Notes under the pieces: generated by a model
What the model was told of the DNA's origin: nothing
What the model saw: only the letters and a program-made list of their open reading frames with translations
Database searches by the model: none
Assembly (NCBI RefSeq): GCF_006345805.1
Contig: NC_042999.1
Location: 10,044,001-10,108,000, forward strand
Reading direction: 5' to 3'
Length of the DNA stretch: 64,000 nucleotides
From: Octopus sinensis
Lineage: Eukaryota
Translations under genes and position numbers: made by a program
Shown: positions 25,793 through 38,480 of the stretch, one piece after another
Layout of the letters: the number at the start of each line of letters is the position of its first letter
Position numbering within the stretch: the first letter of the stretch is position 1

Positions 25793-25890
25793 ATAGCTAT
25801 GTGCACGCCATACCTTTTCTCCTCTTACGCAGGTATGTTTAACTCATTATTATTCATTTGCTACGGCTCGGCAGAGAGGTGTACAGGTGA

Positions 25891-25948
<58 letters not shown>

Positions 25949-26411
25949 TAATATGTTGATTATGGTGTTGTTACTAAGGTGTTTTCCCGCTACCCGACAC
26001 CACCGCCGACACCGCCGCCGCCGCCGCCGTGACCGCATTAGCAACAACAACAACAACAACAATAACAATAACAACAACAACAGCAGCAGCAGCCACGATG
26101 ATAATAATAATAAGGAGGACGACGACTACGACAACAATAACAAGCATTTCGTTGTGTTTCTTACACGTGGGAACGTGAGGCAGAGACAGTCTCCACGCCT
26201 CACCCAACCTGTAAAACCCGACGACCACATCTGTCACATCATTAAACAACCTCTGTTGCATTCACCGCTGCTTTCTATCCCCCCCCCCCACAACCCTCCC
26301 CCTCCTCCCATTATTTGCCTTGACGCATTTTGTTTCAATTTCAACTTCATCCACAAACAATTGTCCCCTCTCGGTTTCTTTTCTTACTTTTTTATTTTAT
26401 TTTCCGATTTC

Positions 26412-26448
<37 letters not shown>

Positions 26449-26552
26449 TTTCCTTTTCATATTTTCTGTTTATCTTTCATTCACACATTTTTCTTGTCCT
26501 TTTCTTTCTTCTGATCTTTCCTTCTACTTCTCTCTCTCTCACACACACGCAT

Positions 26553-26584
<32 letters not shown>

Positions 26585-26612
26585 AATATACGTATATATA
26601 TATATATATACG

Positions 26613-26681
<69 letters not shown>

Positions 26682-26694
26682 CATATATTTATAT

Positions 26695-26744
<50 letters not shown>

Positions 26745-26746
26745 TT

Positions 26747-26781
<35 letters not shown>

Positions 26782-26929
26782 CTATATATATAATATATAT
26801 ATATACATATATATATTTATTATTATTTACTGTGTATATCTTTCTGTTACCAATCTTTATCCATGTTTACCTATTCACCCACCCCCCTCTCCCTCTCTAA
26901 GTTTTCTACTCTCTAATTCTTCTTTCCCC

Positions 26930-27915
26930 CTCTTCACTCTCTCTCTCTCTCTCGCATATTCTTACCTTTTTACGCTTTTTGTTCCTTCTCTACTTGCTCT
27001 CCCTCTCTCCTGCTCTCCCTCTCTCCTGATCTCTCTCTCTCCTGATCTCTCTCTCTCCTGCTCTCCCTCTCTCCCTCTCTCCTGCTCTCCCTCTATCCTA
27101 CTCTCCCTCTCTCCTGATCTCTCTCCTGCTCTCCACTCTCCTGATGTCTCTCCTGCTCTCCACTTTCCTGATCTCTCTCCTGCTTTCCATCTCTCCTGCT
27201 CGCCCTCTCTCTTGCTCTCCCTCTCTCCTGCTCTCCCTATCTTCCTCTCACTTGCTCTCCCTATCTACCTCTCTCTTGCTCTCCCTCTCTCCTGCTTTCC
27301 CTCTCTCCTCTCCCTATATCCCTCTCCTGCTCTCTCCCCATCTCCCTCACATGCCCACCCACTCTCCTGCTTTCTCTCTCACCTGCTCTCTCTCTCTCCT
27401 GCTCTCCACGCTCCTGATGTCTCTCCTGCTCTCCACTTTCCTGATCTCTCTCCTGCTCTCCCTCTCCTCTCCTGCTTTCCGTCTCTCCTGATCTCTCTCC
27501 TGCTCTCCTTCTCTCCCGATCTCTCTCTCTCCCTCTCTCCTGCTCTCCCTCTCTCTTGCTCTCCCTCTCTCCTGCTTTCCCTCTCTCCTGCTCTCCCTAT
27601 CTCCCTCTTCTGCTCTCTCCCCATCTCCCTCACATGCCCACCCTCTCTCCTGCTTTCTCTCTCACCTGCGCTCCCTCTCTCCTGCTCTCCCTATCTCACT
27701 CTCCTGCTATCCCTCTCTCCTGATCTCTCTCTCTCGACTGCTCTCCCTATCTCCTGCTCTCCTTATTTCCCTCGCCTGATCTCCCTATCCCCCTCTCCTG
27801 CTCTCCTGCTCTCTCTCATCATTCCTCTCATCTGTTTTCTCTGCCGTATTCCCCCCTGCATCCCTTCCTCTCTTCTTTGCCCCCTCTCTCTCTCCCTCCC
27901 TCCCCTCTCTCCTCC
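26930..27915. repeat. ~1-kb CT-rich minisatellite (CTCTCTCCTG/CTCTCC units) with an internal duplication
   Basis: Direct; block 27121-27185 recurs at about 27395-27460; explains the 558-aa stop-free ORF. Confidence 0.9.
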
Positions 27916-28211
27916 AAAGATGTCAATAGACGAACAACGCTGTCATTGTTGTTGCTTATTATTATTATTGTTAATGTTGTTGTTGTTACTTTGTTGGTTG
28001 AAGTGATGGCGATGAGGGGCGGCGGCGGCGGCGGCGGTTGAGTGATGCGTGACGGAGTCAGGCATTACTTAACACCATTGACGGCTCTTTATCTACATAA
28101 TCACTCACTCACACACACACACAAATTCAGTTGTATATATACCTATATATATACACACACAGATACAAGTGTATAAATAGACACATATGTACATACATAC
28201 ATACATATATG

Positions 28212-28415
28212 CTCTTTTATTCTTTTATTTGTTCCATTCATTTGACTGCGGCCATGCTGGAGCACTGCCTTTAGTCGAATAAATCGACCCCCAGGACTAA
28301 TTCTTTGTAAGCCTAGGACTTATTTCATCGATTTCTTTTGCCGAACCGCTAAGTTACAGAGACATAGACACACCAACATCAGCTGTCAAGCGATGGTGAG
28401 GATACAAACAATACA

Positions 28416-28481
<66 letters not shown>

Positions 28482-28668
28482 ATATATATACATACATATA
28501 TATACACAATGGGCTTCTTTCAGTTTCCGTCTACCAAATGCACTCACAAGGCTTTGGTTGGCCCGAAGCTATGACAGAAGACACTTGCCCAAAGTGCCAT
28601 GCAGTGGGACTGAACCTGGAACCATGTGGTTGGTAAGTAAGCGTCTAACCACACAGCTACTTCTACGC
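28212..28668 (-). mobile_element. Family-B SINE, full length
   Basis: Antisense match to 3469-3851. Confidence 0.88.
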
Positions 28669-28902
28669 TATATATAACAGGTTTCTGCGCTTTGCGTTCA
28701 AACCCCATCCCCTAGACATCGTTTTCCATTCATTCCTTCGGGGTCGATAAATTAAGTGCATGTCTTGGATAGTAGGTTGTAGAGTGTTAAAAAGTGGGAG
28801 GGCGTCTGATCGACTCACCACGAAACTCCAGTAAACCCCACAAACTAATAGGACATAAGTTCATTGAAGCCTCAGGCAGCCGGAGGGCGGGGCAGTATTT
28901 CC

Positions 28903-29075
28903 ATGGCTGTGTGGTAAGAAGCTTGCTTCCCAACCACATGGTTTCGGGTTCAGTCCCACTGTGTGGCACCTTTGGCAAGTGTCTTCTGTTATACCCTCAG
29001 GCCGATTAAAGCGTTGTGGGGGTGGATTTAGTAGACGGAAACTGAAAGAAGCCCGTCGCATATATATATATATAT

Positions 29076-29163
<88 letters not shown>
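28903..29163 (+). mobile_element. Family-B SINE 5' half plus (TG)n
   Basis: Head and core match. Confidence 0.85.
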
Positions 29164-29166
<3 letters not shown>

Positions 29167-29586
29167 CAGATCGATGTTAGAAATAACAAATGCTCCCCAT
29201 AATCCCTTTTGGATAAAAATTGGGTTTGGAAAGATCTAGAAAACGTCGGTACCATAGGATATTATTATTGTTCCAATTCTTTTACTCGTTTCATTCCTTC
29301 ATTCCATTAGACTCGGACCATATCGAAGAATTGTGTCGAAGGGTGTTGGTCAGCATCAACGCAAGGGCTTAGGCTCGGACCAAAACTTATCTACGACACA
29401 CTTTTTAATGAATCATTAACAATCGCTTCCACAGAAAGGGACTTAATATGGCACACTAGCACCACCCTCACATACATACATACATACATACATACATACA
29501 TACACACACGCATACATACATACATACATACATACATACATACATACATACATACATACATACATACATACATACATACATACATA

Positions 29587-29865
29587 CCAATAATAATTGG
29601 AGCACTAGGTTTTGTTAGTAAATACTTAAAGGAGAATCTGGATAAACTGGGACTTTCAGAAAGAGAAATCGACCGGATGATTCGTACATTACAAATGCAA
29701 TCTGTGAGTGGAACAGTAAAAATGTGCAAGACTTTTCTCAAGTTCCAAATGTGGATTTGTCTGTGTTAACTACATCCCAAAGATGGAATCTTGTACCTTT
29801 GTTGGAAACCGGTTCCCTCCTCGGTGGAAGATTTATAATAATTAAAATACAGAAGAGACATACAT
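29587..29865 (+). mobile_element. R4/Dong-clade LINE C-terminal fragment and 3'UTR, flanked by (CATA)n
   Basis: Open frame PIIIGALGFVSKYLKENLDKLGLSEREIDRMIRTLQMQSVSGTVKMCKTFLKF, a PIxIGALG post-RLE motif; begins right after (ATAC)n 29470-29586 and ends GACATACATA. Confidence 0.7.
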
Positions 29866-31011
29866 AAGAGAAATATAAAATGGTGACAAACGCACGAGAT
29901 GTTATTTAAATCTTTTATACCACCGACGTATATGTTTTGCCGGATGGACACATTAAAATTAACCTGGGAGGGAAAACACGGTGGAATGATGTATCAATCT
30001 CATCAGGGTGGAGATTATATATAAGTGTTCATCAATAAGCCATGTTTACAGATGTAAGCAATTATGATATATAAAATGCTTATGTGACATTTGGTTACCC
30101 TAGTAACTATTTCTCCAGATCTTTCCTTGAAAAATTATACATACATACATGACTAACCTGGTTAATGTTGTCTAAATTCTACTGAAAGTGTCTTGTTTCT
30201 AGGCTAGAAGCAGATTCTTTCTCCATTGTAGAGAAATTCGAAAAATAAAATCAAGAATGAATACACACACACACACACATATATATATATATGTATATAT
30301 ATATATGTGTGTGTGTGTGTGGTGTGTGTGTGTGTGTGTGTGTGTAAAAATACAAACTGGGACAAGAACGCAAAACATTTAGAAGACGATACAAAAAACA
30401 CGGAAGGGACATTCGAAACCTTCAATCTTCAGTCAAGAACCGGATCATCCTCGCAATTTCGGCTGATTATCTAATAATATAAACAAATACAGATAAATCG
30501 AATACCATACAACATAAATTTTTGCGATATTAAAATTTTGAGATATTTCCTCTGCCTGGAGAGGAAATATCTCAATTTCGAAATGGCAGTTGAGAACAGC
30601 TCCATCCGAGGAAAAATATTCTCAAGAATAAACTATTCTCCAAAGTTGAAATGCCGTTAAAGAAAAGAACAGGTCGAAGATAAGTGGTCAGACGCGGACA
30701 CGTGTTTCTGCTGACAGTTGCCCTGTTTCTAGAAAGTAAAGGATTTGTGCAAAATGAATAGAACACTGCTACGACCTGGGTAATTTATGTTAATTAAACA
30801 AAAATGAGCTTAGAGAACTAACACAGGAGTGACCAGTGGTTTGTTTATGAACAACACTGACAAATACAGGTATATCAAATACAACAAAATTCTTGATTTA
30901 TTAAAGCTATCTTCACCCCTAGAGGATATGACACAATTACTAACTGGAAATTGACAACGACCCCATTTGAAACGAGCAATATCAATGAGCTCGTTTGTTT
31001 TCTATTCTTTC

Positions 31012-31140
<129 letters not shown>

Positions 31141-31709
31141 GGAGAGAGAGAGAGAGAGAGCAATAAGAAAATGGAGGGGATCAATAGGTGTTCATCAACT
31201 TTTAGACGTTATGTCAACTTATTTCAACTTATTATTTATTTACTAAAATGATAATTACAAGAATATACATACATGTATAACATATTATGCTTTACATATA
31301 TAAATTTATTAATATATATAAAGATACCAGTAATTATTAAAATATAACATGTATGTATGTACGTATACATGCATGAATGCATGAACATATGCCTGTATGT
31401 ATACGACGAGTTTCCGTACAGTTTCATCGAAAGCGAAACAGTGTAGCGCACCGATTTATCCACCGACCACAACTTTACCGGCTTTGAAATGTTAACAGGA
31501 AACACGTTCAAAGACTGCATGCATCAACACAAAAGCTCATTCCGTCACGATGAAACAATATTTCACAGGAATAAGCGCAAACAGAACGTGAACATTGACA
31601 GTCAATGCACCTGTGTATAGAAACGGATCCAAGATCTGCTGCGACACCTTATTTCCCTTAATCCAAGCCCAAAACAAAGGATCCGACCCCGATGTCGGTC
31701 CCATCTTAC

Positions 31710-31770
31710 CGCCACAGGTCAAAGTTCCTGCTGACCAACTTAAAAGCAGACTCGCCCCTCCTCCTAATAC
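31710..31770 (-). other. Candidate 61-nt internal exon (copy 1)
   Basis: Minus strand CCGTTTCTTCATCAG/GTATT...TGTGGCG/GTAAGA; one open frame IRRRGESAFKLVSRNFDLWR, not recognised. Confidence 0.35.
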
Positions 31771-32624
31771 CTGATGAAGAAACGGACACCCGACAACACG
31801 CCGTCACGCATACATGCCCACGTACACTCACATTCACATGCACGCACACACATGTATAGATACATATATATATACATAAGAATTGTGTGTGTGGGCAGAC
31901 ATACATACAGACAGGCAGGCAGACAGGCAGATGGATGGCGAGATGAATGAATGGAAATGGAGAATTGGTAATGGTAAACATGAAGACGTAATATTGTTGA
32001 AAGGGTTGGCAAATAAGGGGATACGAGTGGAGAGGAGAGGAGGGAATGAGAGAGAGAGAGAGAGAGAGGAGAGAGCAATAAGAAAATGGAGGGGATCAAT
32101 AGGTGGTTCATCAACTTTTAGACGTTATGTCAACTTATTTCAACTTATTATTTATTTACTAAAATGATAATTACAAGAATATACATACATGTATAACATA
32201 TTATGCTTTACATATATAAATTTATTAATATATATAAAGATACCAGTAATTATTAAAATATAACATGTATGTATGTACGTATACATGCATGAATGCATGA
32301 ACATATGCCTGTATGTATACGACGAGTTTCCGTACAGTTTCATCGAAAGCGAAACAGTGTAGCGCACCGATTTATCCACCGACCACAACTTTACCGGCTT
32401 TGAAATGTTACAGGAAACACGTTCAAAGACTGCATGCATCAACACAAAAGCTCATTCCGTCACGATGAAACAATATTTCACAGGAATAAGCGCAAACAGA
32501 ACGTGAACATTGACAGTCAATGCACCTGTGTATAGAAACGGATCCAAGATCTGCTGCGACACCTTATTTCCCTTAATCCAAGCCCAAAACAAAGGATCCG
32601 ACCCCGATGTCGGTCCCATCTTAC

Positions 32625-32685
32625 CGCCACAGGTCAAAGTTCCTGCTGACCAACTTAAAAGCAGACTCGCCCCTCCTCCTAATAC
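32625..32685 (-). other. Candidate 61-nt internal exon (copy 2)
   Basis: Identical to 31710-31770. Confidence 0.35.
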
Positions 32686-33068
32686 CTGATGAAGAAACGG
32701 ACACCCGACAACACGCCGTCACGCATACATGCCCACGTACACTCACATTCACATGCACGCACACACATGTATAGATACATATATATATACATAAGAATTG
32801 TGTGTGTGTGGGCAGACATACATACAGACAGGCAGGCAGACAGGCAGATGGATGGCGAGATGAATGGAAATGGAGAATTGGTAATGGTAAACATGAAGAC
32901 GTAATATTGTTGAAAGGGTTGGCAAATAAGGGGATACGAGTGGAGAGGAGAGGAGGGAATGAGAGAGAGAGAGAGGGAGAGAGAGGGAGAGAGAGGGAGA
33001 GAGAGAGAGAATGAGAAAGAAAGAAATAGGGAGAGAGAGAAAGAAAGAGAGAGAAAGAAAGAAAAGAA

Positions 33069-33116
<48 letters not shown>

Positions 33117-33142
33117 AGGAAGGAAGGAAGGAAGGAAGGAAG

Positions 33143-33182
<40 letters not shown>

Positions 33183-33690
33183 AAGAAAGAAAGAGAGAGT
33201 GGTTTGAGTGACTGAAAAATATTCCGGAAGAAATTGGAGCAGTTCGACAACAACGACGATGATGATGATGATGATGATGGTGGAGTTTGTGTTTTGATTA
33301 CGGATGCGGTGAGTGGTTTATTCGTGTGGTATGGATGGTAGTTGAAGTGGTGAAGATGAGACAGCCGTAGACGCTGAAGTAGTAGTAGAAGTAGTAGTGG
33401 TAGTGGTGGTGGTGGTGGTGTGTACACTACTCTCACGGTCGCGTGCATCGTAAAAGAAAAGAAAAGGAAAGGGAAAAAAAGAAAGCGAGAAAGAAGGTGA
33501 ATAAAGAAAGAGAATAAAAAAAAAGGCAATAAATGAAAAGAAAAAGAAAGAACGACAGGCAGAGCGTGGAGAGAGAGGGAGAGAGAGGGAGGGAGAGAGA
33601 GAGAGGGAGGGAGAGGGAGAGAGGAGTGGGAGGAAGAGGAGAGGAGTGAGGCAGAGGCACGTGGGAACCACGGCAGTGAGCCGGACTCAC

Positions 33691-33900
33691 GCTCCGCTTT
33701 CGGTTTACAAGCGTTTGCCGAGCTCAGGCTGCTGGTGGCGGTGGCGATGGCGACGATGGTGGCGATGGTGGCGGTGGTGGGGGAGAAAGAAAGAGGTGTA
33801 GATTAGCGTTAAGTTCTCTCTGTTGGCCATGCAACAATCGACCGACCGACAAACAGGCCAGCCAGGGCCCCGCCACCGCTAACGCAAGCTGCCACCCTTT
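33691..33900 (-). other. Candidate non-coding first exon in a GC-rich islet
   Basis: Donor AGC/GTGAGT at 33691/33690; CpG-rich unique sequence. Confidence 0.35.
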
Positions 33901-33967
33901 TCATTTATTTATTTTTTTTTTTTTACTCCACCCTCAATTTCACCTCGTTTGATACACGGGAGAGCAT

Positions 33968-33969
33968 TG

Positions 33970-34025
<56 letters not shown>
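33968..34025. repeat. (TAC)n microsatellite
   Basis: Direct. Confidence 0.95.
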
Positions 34026-34026
<1 letters not shown>

Positions 34027-34134
34027 AAAAAGATAATGATTTGCTTTCTAATTTAGGTACAAGGCCAGCAAACTTTTTGGAGGGTGGGTGATGGGGTATT
34101 AGTTGATTCTAGTACTTGGATGGTATTTTTGTCT

Positions 34135-35175
34135 TTACGTTCTGAGTTCAAATTCCGCCGAGGTCGACTTTGCCTTTCATCCTTTCGGGGTCGATAAATT
34201 AAGTACCAGTTATGCACTGGGGTCGATGTAATTGACTTAATACCTATGTCTGTCCTTGTTTGTCCCCTCTGTGTTTAGCCCCTTGTGGGTAATAAAGAAA
34301 TAGGTATTTTATTTTACTGAGCCCAGAGGGATAAAAAGCAAAGTTGATCCTGGTGGAATTTGAACTCAGAACGTAGGGAGCCAAGAGAAATACCGCAAGA
34401 CATTCGTCTGACGAACTTTCCATTTTGCTTTCTGACTTCGGTACAAAACCAAAATGTTCTGCCAAGAATAAGAATGGTTTCAAACTTTGGCACAAGACCA
34501 GCAATTTTCGGGGAAGGGGTTAAGTCGATTACGTCGACCCCAGTACTCAACTGGTACTTATTTTATCGATCCCGAAAGGATGAAAGGCAAAGTCGACTTC
34601 GGCGGAATTTGAACTCAGAACATAAGGACGGACGAAATGCTGCTAAGCATTTCATCCGGTGCGCTAACGATTCCGCCAGCTCGCTGCCTTCTGTTCTTAA
34701 TAATAATAATCAGCATAAGGCCAGAAATTTTGAGGGGCGGGGGAATCAACCAGATTGATCCCAATTCTTGGCTGGGTTTTTTTAATTTTATTTTATCGGT
34801 TTTGAAAGGAGGGAAGATGAAGGTGGCTTGGACGGCATTTGAGCTCAGCACGAAAAGAGGCGGAAAAAATACAGCTAAGCATTTTGTTCGACGCACAAAC
34901 GATTCAACCAGATCACCGCGTTGTCTAAATCTAAAATATTTGGAGCTGGCAGAAACGTTAGCTCGCCAGGCGAAATGCGTAACCGTATTTCGTCTGCCGC
35001 TACGTTCCGAGTTCAAATTCCGCCGAGGTCGACTTTGCCTTTCATCCTTTCGGGGTCGATTAAATAAGTACCAGTTACGCACTGGGGTCGATGTAATCGA
35101 CTTAATCGGTTTGTCTGTCCTCGTTTGTCCCCTCTATGTTTAGCCCCTTGTGGGTAATAAAGAAATAGGTATTTT
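34135..35175. mobile_element. Cluster of family-A SINEs in both orientations
   Basis: Plus alternative-tail copies 34135-34310 and 34940-35175; minus copies about 34320-34400, 34480-34690 and 34720-34925. Confidence 0.8.
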
Positions 35176-35479
35176 ATTTTATGTGGGCAATAAAGAAATT
35201 AATATTTGGAGACAAGGCTATCAATTTTAAGGAAAGGAGAATAATTGATTCGACGGTCCCAGTAATTCACTGGGGCTTGTTTTATTTACCCTGGAAGAAG
35301 GATTTTCTTTTTATTTGTCACAAGGGTTGAGACAATACAAAATGACGAAGATACGAAACATAGTGAAGGGTTTACATAGGTTTTGTAAAAAGAACAACAA
35401 AAACAAATAAAATTCTCCAACGATGAAGAAAGAGATGCTTAAAGTTAATCAAAGAAAACCAAACAAAATCTCGATGACG

Positions 35480-38400
35480 CTCACCATTGAGGGTAAGAAC
35501 TCTGCGACGCTTCGTTTGCCGACCTTTATGTACATTCTCGGAATAGGCCCGTTCACACGCACCATATTCGCTACCCTCAACCATTTTTTAAAGAATTTGC
35601 TGACTGGTAGCACCACCCTCGACTGTCGATTAGAGAAGGTGTCTGTCTTTAGTTTTTGGGGTTTTTTGGGGTTTTTTCAGTTTCATCCGCTACACACCCT
35701 CTTTAGCCGTAGCCACCAGACTGAAGAAATCTGACTGCTCTTCCCGGTCAAAAGAAGAGGGCAGAGCAATCTTCACGACAGCCCCGTCCTATTTGCTACA
35801 AGAAATGTTAGACAAAACTCCATAAAACAATAAAGCCCGGACGACGAACGAGTGCGTGCAAAACAGTTTGACCGCATCTCGAGCAGTCCCGGCTGACGGC
35901 ATTTCCGTATCTATAATAATCATGAAATTATTGTATACAGTGCTCTGGTGCACCACAACTTGTCAGAAAGTGCATATAAAGCATATGCAGTGATGTACAA
36001 ATGTCTGGGAAGTGAACAGTGTATGAGTCAGATACATGCTTGCGTGTGTATGGAGAGGAGAAAATCAGGTGTAGTGTTAGCGAATCTCAGGAAGCATGGA
36101 AGTTTTGAAGGATGCAGTGCTCCGACAACTAACAACTGATGCCGGCAGTCTGTCCCATGCTTCAGCAACTCTAAGCGTGAAAAAATGTTTACGAAAGTCA
36201 TGGGGGCTGAGCTGTTTTCTGACTATGTAAACATGTCCACGGGTGTTAGACAGGTGGAGTTTGAAAAGGTGCTCAGAGTTATTGTTAGTAAGATGGTTAA
36301 TAATTTTATGGGTGTCTGCCAAGTCAGCTGCCGTACGAGTTTCTCTGGAAGCGTTATTGTTGATCCTTGACCAGACACTTGATTCTTGTCGATGGCTAGA
36401 GTTTCCCCAGAAGACGGTGTCTGTCTTCCCTACCACTAGGCCAGTATAGAAAGAACACTGATGTGGAAGATCCTCCGACGACCGCGTTACCTGTGAGCAT
36501 TTGACATCATTCTAGACGCCAAGCAGTTACTCTTGATCTTTGCCTAACCCACAACCAGAGCCGTGGGAAGATGTGCTTAACCAAAGGCAACCTCTCCTGC
36601 TCATTGTCTTGGAATGTTCGTAGATGCTGCAGCCTCAGTACATGGCTGCGCATCAGCAACCACGGTATACCGAACTCATTGTGTTGAGAGTGTTGGTAGG
36701 AGACGGGTTGTGCCTGACCAGTAGAATGCCTCTGTTTCCCCCAAAAAGCGAACAAGTAGCTGCTGCATCCTGGTCAGATGAATGCGAGGATAAAGCACGA
36801 TGGTCAGGCGATAATAGTAAACGTTCTGCCGTATCCATCCGACATTTTAGGAATAACCTCCTCTCAGCCCATTTCCGGGTGGGTCTGGCCACCCTGCTCA
36901 TTACCTTATCCTAGTTCCTATCCACCTGGAGATCCGGATCAAATCATCACAGACTCCAAGCAACTTAAAAAGACCATTTGCCCAACGGCCCATGGCACTG
37001 TCCAATAGCATTGACTTCCCTCTCCAAATGTCGAACTGCAAATCCACTGAATTATCCATATTGAATGTTAATTTTTGCTCGTCAAAGTTTTTAGAAAGGT
37101 GCCGTTGACTTCGATTTCGCGGTTTCGCATCGTCTGCATTTACCTACACTGCTTTCTCGCGTCCCAGTTCAAACGGGATATCCTTCAGCATCCGTTTTCT
37201 ACAGAAGTGGTCGGAAAGCCAGAATATGCAGATGAAATGCTAGAGGACACCCTTGAAGGAACGAGCGCTTGATTTGAAACAGTTAATCTTACCACCGAAG
37301 TGCATTTCAGCGATCCAGCTTCTGAAAACAAAGCTGAAAGCAATCACCTTGAAGTCAACTGCCAAGTAACAGTGGACGACCCTATCGAAAACTTACGACT
37401 GACCCCTTTTGGTCAAGGCCTCACCAAAGCCAGGTTTACTACTTACACTCTCATGATATGGAAGTTGTCGGCGATTACGGTTGAGATTACGCACGTCTCC
37501 ATCTTCTCGGCTACACACTCGACAACAGGAGCTAAACCTCGCTAACGCCCTAACCAAAATCTTGAAGCGGAAATTACCAATGACATCCCCTTTGTTCGCG
37601 CCCTCCCCGTCTCATTAAACTGGGAATTCTCCTAATTTTGCTACCACTTGCAGTAGACGTCTGCCGAAAGGGCCAACGGATAACTCTGGCTTATCATATG
37701 CATAATCCTCACAGAGCATACCATCCAAAACAAGCGATGCCCCATTCAGTTGCTTCCCTCCATCTGTTTCTATTCCTGGTCTTTCGTAGGACTCCGTATC
37801 ATCCACCTTTGAGTTGTGGCAGGCCATCAAAGTTGGCACTGAAGTTCTCTCCTGTCCTCTCCAACCGCCCTCCAGGAACGGCTGTGAAAAGTGTCAGTGG
37901 ATAATCGCTCTCATCTACTTGGACTCGGATAACACTCACCCGTTTCATCCGCCAAAGACTTTTAAGGGCTTCTTGTAGAAATCCCACAAAAACCACGGTC
38001 ACCCTGACCATTGAGGCATATGCTCTCTCTCTCTCTCTCTCTCTCTCCCAGGTGACCTCCAGTCTAGAGCAGGTCTGCATTTGGACCATACTCTCCTCTC
38101 TCATCCACCCTTCAGCATTTTCCTTCTCAAATGTAACTTGAAAAAGTTGATGAAAGCTTAGCCACAGAGGGCGCTGTCTGTCTTCAACACCTTCTTGTCT
38201 CGTCCATCACAACCACTTTGACCAATGCAGTCGAACAAATAAAAACTGCCCACCCTTCCCAGCCAATCTCCTGGGTATAATCAGGGCTGTTCACAATTCT
38301 GATCCTTATCTTTCAATTGCATACAGTCGGGGCCTGAATTCTCCCAATCGAAACTTCCATAACCAATTCCAGTTTTGTGATTCAAGCCGAGTTCTACGTA

Positions 38401-38480
38401 ATCCGCAAAAAGTCGTTTTTACCATTGGCCTTCCTTCTGTATATTCCACACAATCGCTGCTTAAATAGCATTTTTGCACT
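35480..38480 (-). mobile_element. Decayed Tx1/L1-clade LINE, interrupted by a CR1 fragment
   Basis: Colinear similarity to 58440-61090 (e.g. GGCAGACGTCTACTGCAA, DNFHIMR, RVARPTRKWAERRLFLKCR); left boundary from the 3' region match, right boundary uncertain. Confidence 0.7.
35905..36335 (-). mobile_element. CR1-clade LINE 3' fragment nested in the Tx1-like copy
   Basis: ORF 36077..36436 gives ADLADTHKII...NTRGHVY...FRKHFFTLRVAEAWDRLPASVV. Confidence 0.8.

Larger units (their letters stand above)
31161..32960. repeat. Near-identical tandem duplication, period ~915 bp (31161-32050 / 32076-32960)
   Basis: Copies differ mainly by 1-nt indels; bounded by (GA)n. Confidence 0.9.

Noticed and set aside
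25887-26585. 232-aa ORF with poly-H/T, R and N
   Set aside because: Concatenated micro- and trinucleotide repeats
26330-28006. 558-aa ORF
   Set aside because: Built from (TA)n and the CT-rich minisatellite, which cannot form stops; the L/S/P composition has no domain
31769-31790. CTGATGA-A-GAAAC as a stem-II-less hammerhead
   Set aside because: No NUH triplet or stem I/III; it is simply the reverse complement of a splice acceptor
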